Below, in pieces: positions 12,685 through 26,311 of a stretch of DNA of 64,000 nucleotides; the first letter of the stretch is position 1, and each line of letters begins with the position of its first letter. A program made the position numbers and the translations under genes. This stretch comes from Paraphysomonas bandaiensis (taxonomy: Eukaryota > Protista > Chrysophyceae), in NCBI GenBank assembly GCA_965644295.1, contig CBFFRP010000019.1:124001-188000 (forward strand). The letters run 5' to 3'. Below the pieces are notes generated by a model that made no database searches, was not told where the DNA came from, and worked only from the letters and a program-made list of their open reading frames with translations.

Positions 12685-13045
12685 GTTTCAAATGGAATTC
12701 AACCCGTTATAAAGTAATATCTCTACTGTTCTTCAAAATTTATATAAAGTTATTCAAATGATGATGTCAATATCTAGATGATGATCGTCTTATATATACA
12801 GCAGCACGACATTGTCTCAATCAGTGAGAAGTGTGAAGGAGGTTGTGAATTTTGTGTGCTTGAAGGGCTCATTTCATATAAAGAAAGCAAAGCAAGAGTC
12901 GACTTTATAAAACTGGACTTTTCTATTCACTATAATTTGAAAACTAGGATTTTTACTTTTTTACAGAAGTCTGTACTGCCCGGCTTAAGTATATAAGTGC
13001 TGATGATGAGTGACCGGTATGTATGCTGTTGCTGGTGAGTAATAC

Positions 13046-13130
13046 ATGTATGTATGTATGTATGTATGTATGTATGTATGTATGTATGTATGTATGTATG
13101 TATGTATGTATGTATGTATGTATGTATGTA
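13046..13130. repeat. (ATGT)n microsatellite, about 21 units
   Basis: Perfect tetranucleotide tandem repeat visible directly. Confidence 0.97.
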
Positions 13131-15731
13131 CAGAGTGTGTACAGAGCTTCTTATATCTAGATATGCTGTGTGTTCCAATTTTAGAAAGAACGTTACCGAA
13201 ACGATACCAAACATTTGTAATGGCATCTGAAATGCTATTCAAGTAATGATTCGTCTACCAAGTGTACGTTTTATTCGCGGCGTTCAGCGAATTACGAGCA
13301 GAAAATTATCCACTTTTCCGGGAAAACGAAAGAAAAACTACCGCAGAGTTTTTCCGAATTTTTAAAAACTACAGCCGCGGGTTGACTCTTCTTGGTGGAT
13401 TTACACTGGCCACTGGAGCTATAGTAACCATCAGTGTTCAGACCAGGGAGAGAATCGTTTTGACCGAGAAGGAATTGGACTACGAGATAAAGTTGGTACA
13501 GGAGAGAATAAATTGGCACAAGAGAAATCTGAACATGAGATAAAATTGGTTGAGAGAGAAGCGGAATTAAATGCTCTGAAAAATTTGCTCCTCTTTGGAC
13601 AGAGCGAGGCAGTCTTTCGTCGGCGGTCCTGTTGAAAAGGTGGACACCAAACTCAACGCACAAGTTGATGAATACCTATTCACTGATGGTATAGCACTGA
13701 TTCTACTACCCACCCACCCGTGTATCAACTTAGCTGACCATAGATCACGCGCAGATTCTGTTGCCCCACCCCACCTGTGTTAACCTTTGCTGAGATTACA
13801 CGGGATTTCTCATAACTATGCATGACTTTTATATGTGTAATTCACGCAGATTCTAGTAGGACCATGGGTACCTTCCCATTAGTACCTAACAAAGATTACG
13901 CGGGACTTCTCGTGGCCATGCATAACTCAGTATAGGACTAGTGTGACACTGGCCGCCCCCTCCCTCCCCTAGAATGCGCGGGGTTTCTCGTAATCTCATA
14001 TAGGCTATGTAAGTATAGTGTAGATTTAGCTAGAGTTTTCTTGGTGCCGGCACACAAAGAATACTCTGAGATTTTCATTAATAATCTATACGTTAATTAG
14101 CTTAGTCAACGCTAGCACTTCACAAGCGTACGCTCTCAGAATGGGGCATGTACTCTTATCATTAATGAATTATTAGTACTTGAAATATATCGTATCATTA
14201 ATGAAATATATCGTACCATTGACAGAGCATACAACAGCAATATCAACCACCACAGCGTTCAGCATTTTATCATACACAACCATATCATACAGCATAGCAT
14301 TATACAATATTATACTATATACTATCAGAATTTTTATCACATGCACCATACTGCATAATATATCATTGCACTACATGGTACTCTTCACTACTTCAGTGCA
14401 AGAAGGAACCAGGGCAGCCGGGCGCTTAGGCACCCTTCTTGCACCGGTAATTATAAACATCACTGCATCTACAACAACATAGTAAACCATCACACCATTC
14501 AGTATCTCATACCATGTACAATCCAATTTTATACCATCATACAACATAGTGCATCCATCATACTTTATGACATCCAGTCCATTATATCATGATATACAGC
14601 CTTCTATTCCTTCACCTGTACCGCATATACGATATTCTAACCTGCCTTCCCTCCCATAGCTGGTAGTGCTGTACGGTATATCGGGGGTATATTGTATACA
14701 TCATATAACAGCAGGGAAAGTATACATTGTATGTCAATGGTCCTCATATCCAGATACGGTTCATTGCAAGGCTGTGCGTTGGAATGGTACGCAATACTTC
14801 TAGATTTTAAAGACAACTACCTATGAAGTCTAGTGTACAATATAGTTATTGAGCTCTGTTGGTTCAGCTGTCGATAGAGAGGTACTGATTCACGTGGATT
14901 TCCTTATATGTGATTATGAAGTGGACAATAAACATTTATTCTCAACCTTATCATGGAACTTACGTATGAATATATATATAATATAGATTACTGGGTTGAT
15001 ATTTCAACTTATCATTAGTATCATGCCAGCTAACAACCTTGATAACTTTGTAGGAGTAAGTGTTTATTTTATAAGCTAAAACCCGTGAATGTAATACAGC
15101 TGTATTGTTGAAAAACGCGCCAGTTGTATATATACCCACTAAAACTTTTGCACCAGGCACAAAGAGATTGCTTTTAATTTTGTTGTTCCTTGTAGTAGTG
15201 AATGTCTTATTATTAGCAATAAGCGAGTCAGAACTACTGTTGAAAAACAATTTAAGTAACAAGTGCTCAACTCTGATATCCTGCTATTTAACGCTACGAA
15301 AGCTGCTTGTGCGTCACCGCAAGCACCAAGGTGCGACTACTTTCGCACTTTGCTCAGTGCCACACTCTCTATCTCAGTATATAGCGAAGAAGTTAATATC
15401 TCAGTGCACTGGCAAGACAGTAAATTTGGCGGTAGCAGCGTAATACTATACTATTTATAGATTCATCAGTATTACTCGTACAACCACATGGTAGTTAGTA
15501 CGATATGTAAGCTTGTTTCTGATCACTCATCGCTCAGGCTCAGATGTGCTTGCTTAAAGCTTTATAGCAATTGAAATCTCTAAAGATAAGTAATCAAAAT
15601 TACAAATTTATTGCTTACTTTGATCACAACTGTAACTGTTTTTACACGCGAAAACAGTTATATTATCAGTAGAACGTTAGCACATACAATACATGCAAAT
15701 ATATAGACACAAAATAAATTTCCCAGAAATT

Positions 15732-18700
15732 CTACGTCGAACTAAAAAGACGTAGACTAGATGATTTTAGCCCACCCTTATACCTCTTTCTATTCTTCTT
15801 GGAGAGCTTATTCTTTACTGTATTGAAGTCGTCCTCAGGAAGTGTTGACACAGATAAGTCGGTCCTATACTCTCTACTAGGGCGATAGTGGGTTGCTATT
15901 CGGTTGTGCATTAAGTTCACATGCAAACAACTTCCAGGGAGACTAGCACCATTATAAGCATCGAATGCGCGGATAACATCGTCCGTAAGAGCAATTAGGT
16001 TCCACCTAAAGTCTAACTCCGTTACACTAGTTCTCTTGTTACTAGATACGGCTCGAAACACTTCCAAAAAACCATTCTCTTCAATCATGTTAAGCGAAAG
16101 ACAGAGAGTCTGCAACGATGTGTTTACAGCAAGTCCCTTGGCTAGGAGGGACATGTCACCATTGAGTAGACCAAGACCGTGCAAGTAGAGATGCTGTACA
16201 CCAGGTACCGAGTAATTGAAGAAGTCTAGTAATAAATTTGATAAGGCCCCTGTTACTAGATCAATATCCCTAGTAAGTCCCGATATCCCCTCAATGTGAA
16301 TAGAGTGAATCATAGGATTCGCAGTCTGAATCTCGTGGCACAGTTTCTGAATGAACTCTGCTGACCAGTTGCCCCCCAGGAGGCATACCATGCGCAGAGA
16401 TCGACAGTTACGAATGGCTGGAATCATATCAAATTCGTAATTCGGGCTCCTTCCCTTGACGCAGTGAAATATAAGTCGTCTGGTCCGACACATGGTATGG
16501 CGAAGTACAGCACCTAACATAACGCAGTCCTCAGGGGAAAAATGGCGAGTGCAGTATATGGTGTGTTGATTCAGTGCCCGTTGAAACTGTGCTGTATTCT
16601 GTCGAACACCAGGTGGCTTATAAAAACACCCAGCACCAGTAGTACTTCCATTGTCCTCGGCCACGAGACTCTCCAGGAGAGAGTCCGAAGCTTCTGAAAA
16701 AAGTACACTCTTTCTATTCTTCAGCAAGAGTCTCGTGAGACCAGTTAGGCTACTTGTCTGGTAATTCCTATACGTGCGCTGAATTCGGGTCGCCATTTGG
16801 TCTCTATGTTTGTGCCAAGCAATCTCTCTACGCCTGTATGATACAGTAGTTACAGAGTTGACAAGGAATACGTGGAATGCACAGAATATACATGTAGGTG
16901 TGCACGCCAAATGATATACACTCACCAACGCTTATATGAGCGCTGAATAACTCGGGCAGAAACTTCCATACGGGCCACATTAAGCTTCCACCTAAGTCTC
17001 TGCTTCCACCGAAACAGCAGAGCGAAATGAAGGAAGAGCGCGTATTGCTCACGCTTTCGTCGTTGCAATGCTACAATGCGAGTGACGTTATGCTGAAAGG
17101 TCATGTTGCGTGCACGAATATAGCGCTGCACAGTGACAGCTGCCTCAATTTCTTTTTCCCTTTGCATCTCAAGCTGTCTACGAGCTCTTCGGGCTGGCCT
17201 GGACCTGGCGATACACTGAATTACGGTTGCGGCTGTGTGTAACATCAGCAGCCGCTTTTTTCGGCGGTCTATTGCATGTTGAGCAACGTCGCGGCGAAGC
17301 TTGTATGCTTTAAAGCAACGCCACATTTTGGCATGGGCGGTATCCTGGAGGGCAAGTAGCGGAAGAATCTTCGTGATGGCATGTCTACGGCTGACATACT
17401 TATGCTTCCCCAGACGATACACATTATCACGAATTGATCTGACATAGGGTGTCTTCATAAACTGTCGATAGGCTTCCGTGCAGAGCATGGAGTGCTTCGC
17501 ACGTTGTGGAGCCTGCCACAACCATATAATGCGAACATGCCGAAACTGCCGTTGAATTTTCTTTGCACAATCACCTTCGAAAACAAACTTTGGTCGCCAT
17601 TTATCTCGAGAATAATACGCCAATTCCTTTCGCACTGACATATCCATCCAATTTTTGGCAATCTTCTCCTCCAGTTCACCCACGACAATTTCGTAGTAGC
17701 GTTTCCTATAACCAGGTGCCACCCATCTGTGTCGCCAAGACATCTCTATAACAAAAACAGCGTGGGTTTCCTGCTGTATTCGTTTGGCATGCTCCGGGCT
17801 CCATTGTGATATAGCCGCACGAACCTAATAAACTAAGGTCAGCACATGCAGATTGACGTATAAGTAAATACCTCCTTATCAAAATGATTTTGCTTAAGAG
17901 CAAAAGAAGCATAGCGGGCAGCATCCTCGTAGTTCTGAATGCCTAATGACAGAAAAGAATATACTTTACAACTTCATATAATACGTAGTGTGCGGTCTCA
18001 CTTGCACAGTTTTTCGCAATTTTCATGAGAACGGGTATATTCATCTCTTCAATGTCCTTCTTCTTGCGAAATACATTAACTTTATCTACATACTCTTTGT
18101 AACAGTCCCTCGCAATTAACTCTTCCTCCATACTATGAGCGTAGTCACCCAAAAGCTTCCATGTCCTAGGCTCCTCGATCCAATCCTTGAAGGCAGGTAC
18201 TTGATCTGTTCCAGCCAGAGGGGGCTTACGCTTGGCGCACGCATCATAGAGAGATTGATAAACCCCCACCGCGCGAAACCTGTTGGCAGGATTTGAGGAA
18301 GCCTGTAATGACCGTGTGTAGAGTAGAATCGCATGTATCTGCCACCACGTCGCACATTACCAATAAATCGACATCATAGAGCGAAACTTACATCATCAAT
18401 GCCTACAGGAAGAGCCTCTAGTAAAAACTGAAGGGTGTCAATGCATTGGTTGATAAATTCTTCACTGCGTCTGGCATCAGAGTACTCTGCAATATACTTG
18501 CCAACTATAGTTGTGCGGAACATGACATGGAAATAGCCCCTATAATTAGGGAAGTTGTTCAAGATCTTACTGTAGGTCTCCATGGCAGCCTGAAAAGCAC
18601 CGTAATGCTCCATTACCTTTCCAAACTCTTGAAGTACTTGTGGCAGCCTAAACATAGCGTATATATCGAATTTCATTGTTTCTATGCCAGTTTGGTAATA

Positions 18701-19045
18701 GTGGTACGCATATTCAAGGTACACTCTATCCCTAGTTAAAAAGAACATCTGTAAACTACATCTCGCAGCCGTTAGGTTATAAGCCGATACAATTTCAGTT
18801 GAAATCCAATACGAAGTTTCCTCTTTGCACAAACTTTCAAGTAAAGGCCATGATGACTCGTATTCTCCACCGTAAAATAAATTTAAAGCGAGTCGCCATT
18901 TCGTATGTCTGACTGTAGCATCAACTGTCGAGTCTCCAGACGTTGAATCATACACGGATTGTAAATAATTCGAAATGACCTTATATCCCGCCCATATCCA
19001 GCGTCTAGAAGCCTTGCTTCTAAATCTAAGCATCTGTTTCTCCAT
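15732..19045 (-). CDS. Large TPR-like / IQ-motif / C-terminal leucine-rich-repeat protein (multi-exon)
   Basis: Consecutive long minus-strand ORFs (18374-19045, 17943-18269, 16922-17743, 15732-16928). Helical TPR-like N-terminus, several IQxxxR motifs (AKKIQRQFR, ATVIQCIARSR, ARVIQRSYKR, ATRIQRTYR) and RI-like LRRs (NTSLQTLCLSLNMI, SVTELDFRWNLI). Confidence 0.7.
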
Positions 19046-19732
19046 ATTATCTACACGCTATACACCACACTTATAAAATAACACACTGCATTTAAATGAT
19101 GCCCCATCCATAGATCGATTAAGGCATATAGATAAAATCATAACTAATAAATCTATTTGATTATAGAGTTATCTCTTGGATCACTTTACTACATATATAT
19201 ATGTATGTATGTATGAGATGCTTAAGACTGCAATCTCGTAAAGGAAACCGCTTTGCGACCGGTTCATAACACCATACATACATGCACATGTATACAGTAT
19301 ACAGTATACAGTATTCTATACAGTATTCTACATTCAACTAAACGGATGTATAACAATGTACAGTTCGTTCTTGTAACAAATGTCTCGTAGTACAAATATA
19401 CATCTCTATCTTCTACTATAATCATACTAATGTACTGCTGTAGTTGGGAATAGAGTACTGTACAAGTACAACAACTATATTGTTCCACACACATATATTG
19501 TACCTCTCGAGGTCCTACAGCAGTACATATATATACACAGCACACGCATAGTTGACGTTATGCATTTGCTTCTCTTGATTGTTTCAAATACTGTGCTGTT
19601 AATATATACATACATACATTACGAGACCTTATATCACTTAGAGACATATCCCATACGGGTGAGTGTCACATCTTATTATATTAGGTTTGTCTCTGGTTCT
19701 TGAAGTAATATAAAGGCGATATCGGTGTTGCC

Positions 19733-22123
19733 ATGAATCGTTATAAAGTAACGAAACAATTAGGAGATGGGACATATGGGTCTGTATTAAAGGCTGTTAA
19801 TCGACAAACAGGAGAAGTGGTATATATTCCACTCCATTGAAACATTTTATTTCTAACTAAAATAAAACAGACTGCTGTTAAGAAAATGAAAAAGAAGTTT
19901 TATACATGGGAGGAATGTATGCAGTTGCGTGAAGTGAAGGTATGGTAAATAGATGTCTTCCTTATATTATTAATTGACTTTTATAGAGTTTAAAAAAGTT
20001 AAACCACCCAAATATTGTGAAATTGAAGGAAGTTATTCGGGAGAATGACGAACTGTATTTTGTCTTCGAGTTTATGGAAGGAAATTTATACGAGTTGATG
20101 AAAAACAGAGACAGACACTTTCCTGAGTCAAAGATTCGAAACATTATGTATCAGATATTTCAAGGGATGGCATTTATGCACAAGCATGGTTTCTTTCATC
20201 GTGATGTGAAGCCAGAGAATATGCTGGTAAGGACATGTTTTCCACAGCAGTCGGTGGGATTTCATAGCACATAGTATTGGGTTAGAGTTAGTCTCTTCTT
20301 CCCATCCTTCCTTCTATTTGAATATATTATTCCGGATATTTTTCTGTTTTTTTAGGGAAGCCTACCTCATACTTACGATGTGCTGAAAATGATTTGCAGG
20401 TCAAAGGCGATGTAATCAAAGTTGCAGATTTTGGCCTTGCGAGAGAAATTCGGTCTAAGCCTCCGTACACGGACTATGTATCTACTAGATGGTACCGTGC
20501 TCCAGAGGTGCTACTGAGGGCCCCCAATTACAACTCCCCTATTGACCAGTGGGCATGTGGGGGTATTATTGCGGAGCTGTACACTCTACGCCCGCTATTT
20601 CCTGGGTCCTCTGAAGCAGACGAGATCTACAAGATATGCTCAATAATGGGGTCTCCGACGATGAGAACTTGGGGGGAGGGAATGAGGTTAGCAAAAAAAT
20701 TTTAATAATATGTTGTGCTGTGTTGGTGCTTCTATTCTACGTAATAATGATAACTCGCTACTTCGCGTATAATGTTGTTGCTGATATTGTGACTCTATGC
20801 AGGCTGGCGGCTCAAATGAACTTCAGATTTCCGCAGTTCGTACCGACCCCCCTTTCGCAGATTATACCCAACGCCTCTCATGAGGCTATAGTACTTATGC
20901 AGGTAAAGCTTAGTATCTGTCACATATTTTATCTTGTTAGACTATAGCTGAATATTGGAGGTGATATATTTCAAGACTATTGTTATTCGCACTTATTGAG
21001 TAATGTAGTATTAAATGTGTTGTAATGTGCGTCAATACAGGATTTGATGAAATATGACCCTCAGCAACGCCCGACAGCATCACAGGCACTACAGTATCCC
21101 TATTTTCAGGTGTGTGACTGTCATGAATATATGTTTATGCACTCGGGATTTAACTTTTTTCGCATCTAGGTTAATGCCGCTATTGCCCCTCCTCCTAGTC
21201 TAGCCCAACCACAACGATCCACATTCACTAGGCGGCCAGTGCAGGCCACAGAGCACGAACAGAGGATTCAAGAGGCAGAAGCAGAAAGAATTGTACGTGC
21301 GCATACCCATGTATGTATCTAAGTCTTACCACATTATTTTCTCAGAGAGAAGCTAAGCTCGACAATAATGAACTATCATTGGCTCCTCCACCGTCAGTGT
21401 TACATGATTCTGTCGGTCAACCCCGCACCAATTCCACGTATGTTGCCCAGCGCTTAGCAGGTGAGCCCAGACAAGGGCATCCGACTAACGTACTGCCGTC
21501 GATGCCTTCCGGAGCCGCTGCTGGTGGAATGGGAAGTGCACGAGAGGGATATGGCGGTTTATCGGCAATCAGTGCAGGTGAAATTGCGCAATCATCCCTT
21601 CGCTGTTCTTTACTACGGTTTTACATTCTGCAATGTATACATCATGTATAATAATCGCAGTCTGTGGGTCGACGTGTATTTTGTTGTAATAGTTTTTACA
21701 GCGACAGGATCTCATGGTGGTGGTGGTGGACTCGGATCAGGTGGAGATACGGGAGGAAGCAAGTGAGTGTGTGTTTGTATTAAGTGTACTCAATAGCGTG
21801 TTTTGCTCGAATAACACTGTTTCGTCAGATACTCAAAACAAGCGCGCTACCAGCCCGGTGCTAGTGCAGCCACAGCATACACGAGCACCTCTATGGGTGG
21901 GGGAGGGTATGGGGCCTCTGCTATGGGCTCTAACTTGCCTACTGGGGGGAGTTCGGGAATGTCAGGTGTGGGGAACGTGGGAAGTGCTTATAACAGTGGC
22001 CCTGCCGCCTCTGGCTCAAGGTTCGGACGTCTGGCCCAGTTTGGTATGAACATGGGCTCGCAACAGCAGGTATCCGGCCAGCAGTCCAGTGCTGTCACTG
22101 GATACGGTAGACACAAGTACTAA
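19733..22123 (+). CDS. MAK: MAK/ICK (RCK family) Ser/Thr protein kinase, multi-exon
   Basis: [38 protein letters not shown]|[38 protein letters not shown] and [27 protein letters not shown] (TDY activation loop); low-complexity Gly-rich tail ending YGRHKY. Confidence 0.93.
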
Positions 22124-23176
22124 ATCATGAAACTGTACATGGTTACATATGTTAAATGGCTGATGGTCGGCTGTTGAACATATAGTGTAGGACTATACAG
22201 TGGGTGTTTGTAGTTATCGTATATTTTGTTATAGTAAAAATACTGCCATAGATAGACACAAAAGGGCACTGGCGTCTGCTCTTTTGCTTCGCCGGTTCTG
22301 CGGCGATGTGTTACCGCCGTTTGTATGCTGTGATTGACGTGTTACCTATTAGTGACATTTTTACATTATCGAGAATCAGTGTTCTGTCTCTAAATTGCTG
22401 ATGATGAAGTAATCGTAAATAGTAGCATGGTATGGTGGCGTCACAAATAATAAATACTGTTAACTTAGAATAGGAGAAAACCTCGTTGATTTTATTCATA
22501 TGAATTATGAATGCCATATATCATATGTGATATATATTATGCATGAGGAAAAGTGGCGCATCTACTCTCTCACAAAGCAAAGGAACTTACAGTGAACGAT
22601 ATTCTATATTATTTTTTGCAGTGTTTTGTCAATAGTATAATTTAATCATAATTGGATTCAGGTCTCGGATAATGCTGTCAGCATTACAGTCATAAAACGC
22701 ACCTGTATGTGGCATATTTATTTTTACTACATACACTTGCTGTACAGTAGAACTGTTAGCTGTGTCTTGGTTTGTCCTAAATAAGTTAATACAATCTTTG
22801 ACTATATCATGACGGGAGGAAGCAGTACAACTATGAATGCTGAATGCTGTGAACTTCCAAGCATAGTGGTTGTTTTTCGTGTAAGGACTATCAATACTAT
22901 TATCAATGTGTCGCCATAAGCATTATAGAGCGGTATTAACAACATAGTCCATAAAGGGAAGACATCGGAAAGGCCGTAGAAACGCCCACTTCATCCTTCA
23001 CTATGACCTAGCTTAAAAAAGGGGCATTTCAGTGAACTACGCCTAAGTAAAAAGCTCTGTATCATAAAATTTGCAATTTTTACAGCAAAATTCAAGTCAC
23101 GCATTATGAACAGTGACATTAATACGCGAAAACTGAGGCAAGCTGTATACAACGGCCAGCTACTTCAAATATTTGA

Positions 23177-23436
23177 TTAATATACACGTGGACCTCTTAT
23201 TCTTGTTCTCATATCAAGTGCGCTTCTTCTACATGTAAAATAAGCTGAATGTAATTCCTGTTTGAAATTAATATACGAGATATATATATATGATAGTAGT
23301 GTACCTGACAATCAGTGCTGCCCTCCTCTCTAATCTTCTTTAAACATGTCTTTATATCTCCACCATTCTTCATACATTCAGTTTTCTTCATACAATCCAA
23401 TAAAACTTGTGCGCTTTCCTTACACGATGTTCCCAT
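23177..23436 (-). CDS. COA5: Cytochrome c oxidase assembly factor 5 / PET191
   Basis: Intron 23258-23304 gives MGTSCKESAQVLLDCMKKTECMKNGGDIKTCLKK...DCQ|ELHSAYFTCRRSALDMRTRIRGPRVY; Cys spacing and the C..S.LDMR.R.RG ending fit PET191. Confidence 0.88.
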
Positions 23437-23778
23437 GATTGTAGTATATATATAATCAATGTACCACTATGATCTATTCCACTAATATTAACCATAGTAT
23501 ACTACCACACTGCTTCATAACTACTAGCTACTGATACATACACTGAGAGATACAGCTACTGTATTAAGGGTATACACTACTGTAGATAGACAGAATCAGT
23601 ATAATAGAATACAGTATGTATTTTGAGATTTGTTGGAATACAAGATTTGAGTGGATCACAAAACTGCAGCTGTTTCTACTGTAAGATCTGCACTGCATGC
23701 ATACATACATACATGAGTCACAACACAGATATTGCTTGCTACTAGATTGGTAAACAAGTATCAACTTCTTAAGACATT

Positions 23779-24729
23779 ATGTCTGGTATAGTATTTTGTG
23801 ATAACACTAAATTGGCTCTTGGTGCCATTGGATTTGCTGTAGTGCTCTCATTTCTTTCCGAATTTTTACAGGGCATCTACAACCATTTCATTCGACCCGG
23901 CAAAAATATTAAGAAACGATATGGTTCATGGGCCGTTGTCACTGGAGCCACTGATGGAATTGGCAAAGCTATGGCTTTTGAATTAGCAAAGAAAGGTTGC
24001 AATATTGTATTAATTTCAAGAACATTGAGTAAGCTTGAAGATTGCCGTACTGAGCTGTCTCAGAAGTACCCCAATGTGACTGTTGAGGTTTTGGACATTG
24101 ATTACTCTAAGTATGATTCTGCATCTGCTAAGAGAATCGCTGATAAGCTTAGAGACAAAGATATTGGTGTGCTTATTAATAACGTCGGGATTTCTTATCC
24201 ATTTACCAAGTACTTCCATGAGCTTGATGACTCCAATGTCGAGCAGCTTATTACACTGAATGTCAACTCCACCACATATATGACCCGCCATGTCCTTCCA
24301 GGCATGCTTGAGCGCAAACGTGGGGCGATTGTGAACATCGGAAGTGCTGCTGGAGTCTCTACCAGTCCTCTTTTGGCTCAATACGGAGCAGCAAAGAGCT
24401 ACATCGCTATGTTTTCCAAGACTCTCGATAAGGAATACAAAAGCAAAGGCATCGATGTGCAATGCCAGGTACCAATGTTTGTGGCCACCAAGCTTGCGAA
24501 GATCAAGAAGGCCTCTTTGTTTGTCGCCTCTCCTTCTGGTTACGCTCGTGCTGCAGTTGCTGCAATTGGATATGACTCTCTGATCTCTCCCTTCTGGTCT
24601 CATGCCTTCCAAATCTGGCTTCTCAATACTCTTCCTGAGTGGCTCGCAGCTAAGATCACTATGTCAATGCATTTGGGTATCCGTAAGAAGGGAATGAAGA
24701 AGGAAGCAGAGAAAGCGAAACAGAATTGA
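23779..24729 (+). CDS. HSD17B12: Very-long-chain 3-oxoacyl-CoA reductase (17beta-HSD12/KCR-like SDR)
   Basis: Intronless 316-aa ORF with N-terminal TM, YGSWAVVTGATDGIGKA, LINNVG, catalytic YGAAK, P.FVATK and a basic C-terminus. Confidence 0.9.
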   Translation: MSGIVFCDNTKLALGAIGFAVVLSFLSEFLQGIYNHFIRPGKNIKKRYGSWAVVTGATDGIGKAMAFELAKKGCNIVLISRTLSKLEDCRTELSQKYPNVTVEVLDIDYSKYDSASAKRIADKLRDKDIGVLINNVGISYPFTKYFHELDDSNVEQLITLNVNSTTYMTRHVLPGMLERKRGAIVNIGSAAGVSTSPLLAQYGAAKSYIAMFSKTLDKEYKSKGIDVQCQVPMFVATKLAKIKKASLFVASPSGYARAAVAAIGYDSLISPFWSHAFQIWLLNTLPEWLAAKITMSMHLGIRKKGMKKEAEKAKQN

Positions 24730-25102
24730 ATCGAGACTATGTCGAGATGACCTATTCGCTATCGATTGCCAATAGCATCTGCATTTAATGAATGCATGAT
24801 ATTCTTTCCTACTTGGTAATGATAATTTTATTCAAATCTATTCAAAGCTTCACTTTCTTTTGTTTGTTGCTGCGTGTACAATCATTGTTGCAGCCAGAAA
24901 AGAACTATACAAATACCTGACAATATACCGTAGTTCGTAGGATACAACATAGCAATGATGATATTGCTCTACTCGCTATACCTATTTGCCCTGAATCATT
25001 ATCTGTCAACGAATTTATTTTAACTTACAATTTGCTTCATTGATTAGATTCGTGAATTAACCAATCCCTTTGGTTTTCTGGATATAGGATGTAGTATAAA
25101 AT

Positions 25103-25210
25103 AACAAAGAGGCGGAAAGAAGCAAGCTCTTTTTCTACCCCAAACCCCTGCAAGGGGCCTTTTCTTCGAAAGTTTCCAATTACAACCTTGCTTCTTTCCG
25201 CCTCTTTGTT
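25103..25210. repeat. Short inverted-repeat element (possible MITE): perfect 24-bp arms, 60-bp spacer
   Basis: AACAAAGAGGCGGAAAGAAGCAAG (25103-25126) is the exact reverse complement of 25187-25210; the spacer holds a small CCCC..GGGG hairpin. Confidence 0.7.
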
Positions 25211-26311
25211 TTTTTAGTATATTGGCGTAGAACAATTTAAGCAGTGAATTACAAAAAGGAAGACAAAGTAATTGAAGATGATGCTCATTTTAGAAGTAAC
25301 AGATCAGCCGATAAGGAGAGGTTTTGTGTAGGATGTGATGTCCAACAACCAACAACTTATATGGGCTTAGTTTAGTTAAAACTTCCAACTAATTATTTTT
25401 AAACATATACAAACATGTACCTAATAAAAGTATCAGAATGTAGTGTAGGTGTAAGTCGTAGTACATGTAATTTTTGGTATGCTTGAATTGGATAGAAAAA
25501 GTATATATTGATGAACAACTATGACGTTTCGCCTCTCTCAGACACTATTAATCTATAAAGTGCTTTGTTTATAACGATGCACTGAAAATCATCACTTGAT
25601 AAAACATGAAGTGGTATAAAGCAGAATCCTGTAGAATTTCATTTTATTCATATGTATATCCTTTTCCTTGTAATTCAGTATCCTCATCTTGTGAACAGTG
25701 CCGCATCAAACACTCTCTGCGGAGAAATGTTGCATATTATAGCAGATATAATATCCTTTCCTTTGAATAGTAGATAGAACTGAAGATGTAATAATGATGT
25801 GACAACAGGAACACTGACAACAGTAGCTTTGATAGTTCTATCACAGCAAACTCTGGTCTTAGTACTGCTGTCCACAGACAGTACAACTGTCCAGCTTTAG
25901 ATGTATGTAGTATGTACAGAGTACGGTAGCAGTATACCGTACTATAGCTACAGACAGCTTCTATATACAGACAGCACTGGTATAGCAGTTGAGCTGCATG
26001 GTAATTGAGAATACGGTTTACTGTATTCCATGTATTCTTTGAGCAGCAGTATACCGGTATACAGTTGTGTATATAGGTTCAGTTTCGTCCATATGTATGT
26101 ATGTATATGAGACTCCCAGCACTTTAATATATGGAACCATACCACTGGCATATGAAGCATACCCAGTGCATGATAATTCACGGGATATCATGCCCATTAA
26201 TGATGCTATAGTGGTTTTATTTGATTGCATATGAGATCGAGTTGAAGGGAGTGATGAGTGTGTTGTGACTCCTATATATATACAGAGAGAGACAGAGAGG
26301 AGCTCGTTAAT

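Noticed and set aside
12930-13246. ORFs with YIHT/MYVC repeats
   Set aside because: Artefacts of the (ATGT)n microsatellite.
14950-15460. Overlapping 65-112 aa ORFs
   Set aside because: No consistent exon chain or homology recognised; may be a real small gene but is unsupported.
24016-24612. 198-aa antisense ORF (and similar antisense ORFs in myosin, PI4KA and the kinases)
   Set aside because: Shadow ORFs opposite well-supported genes.
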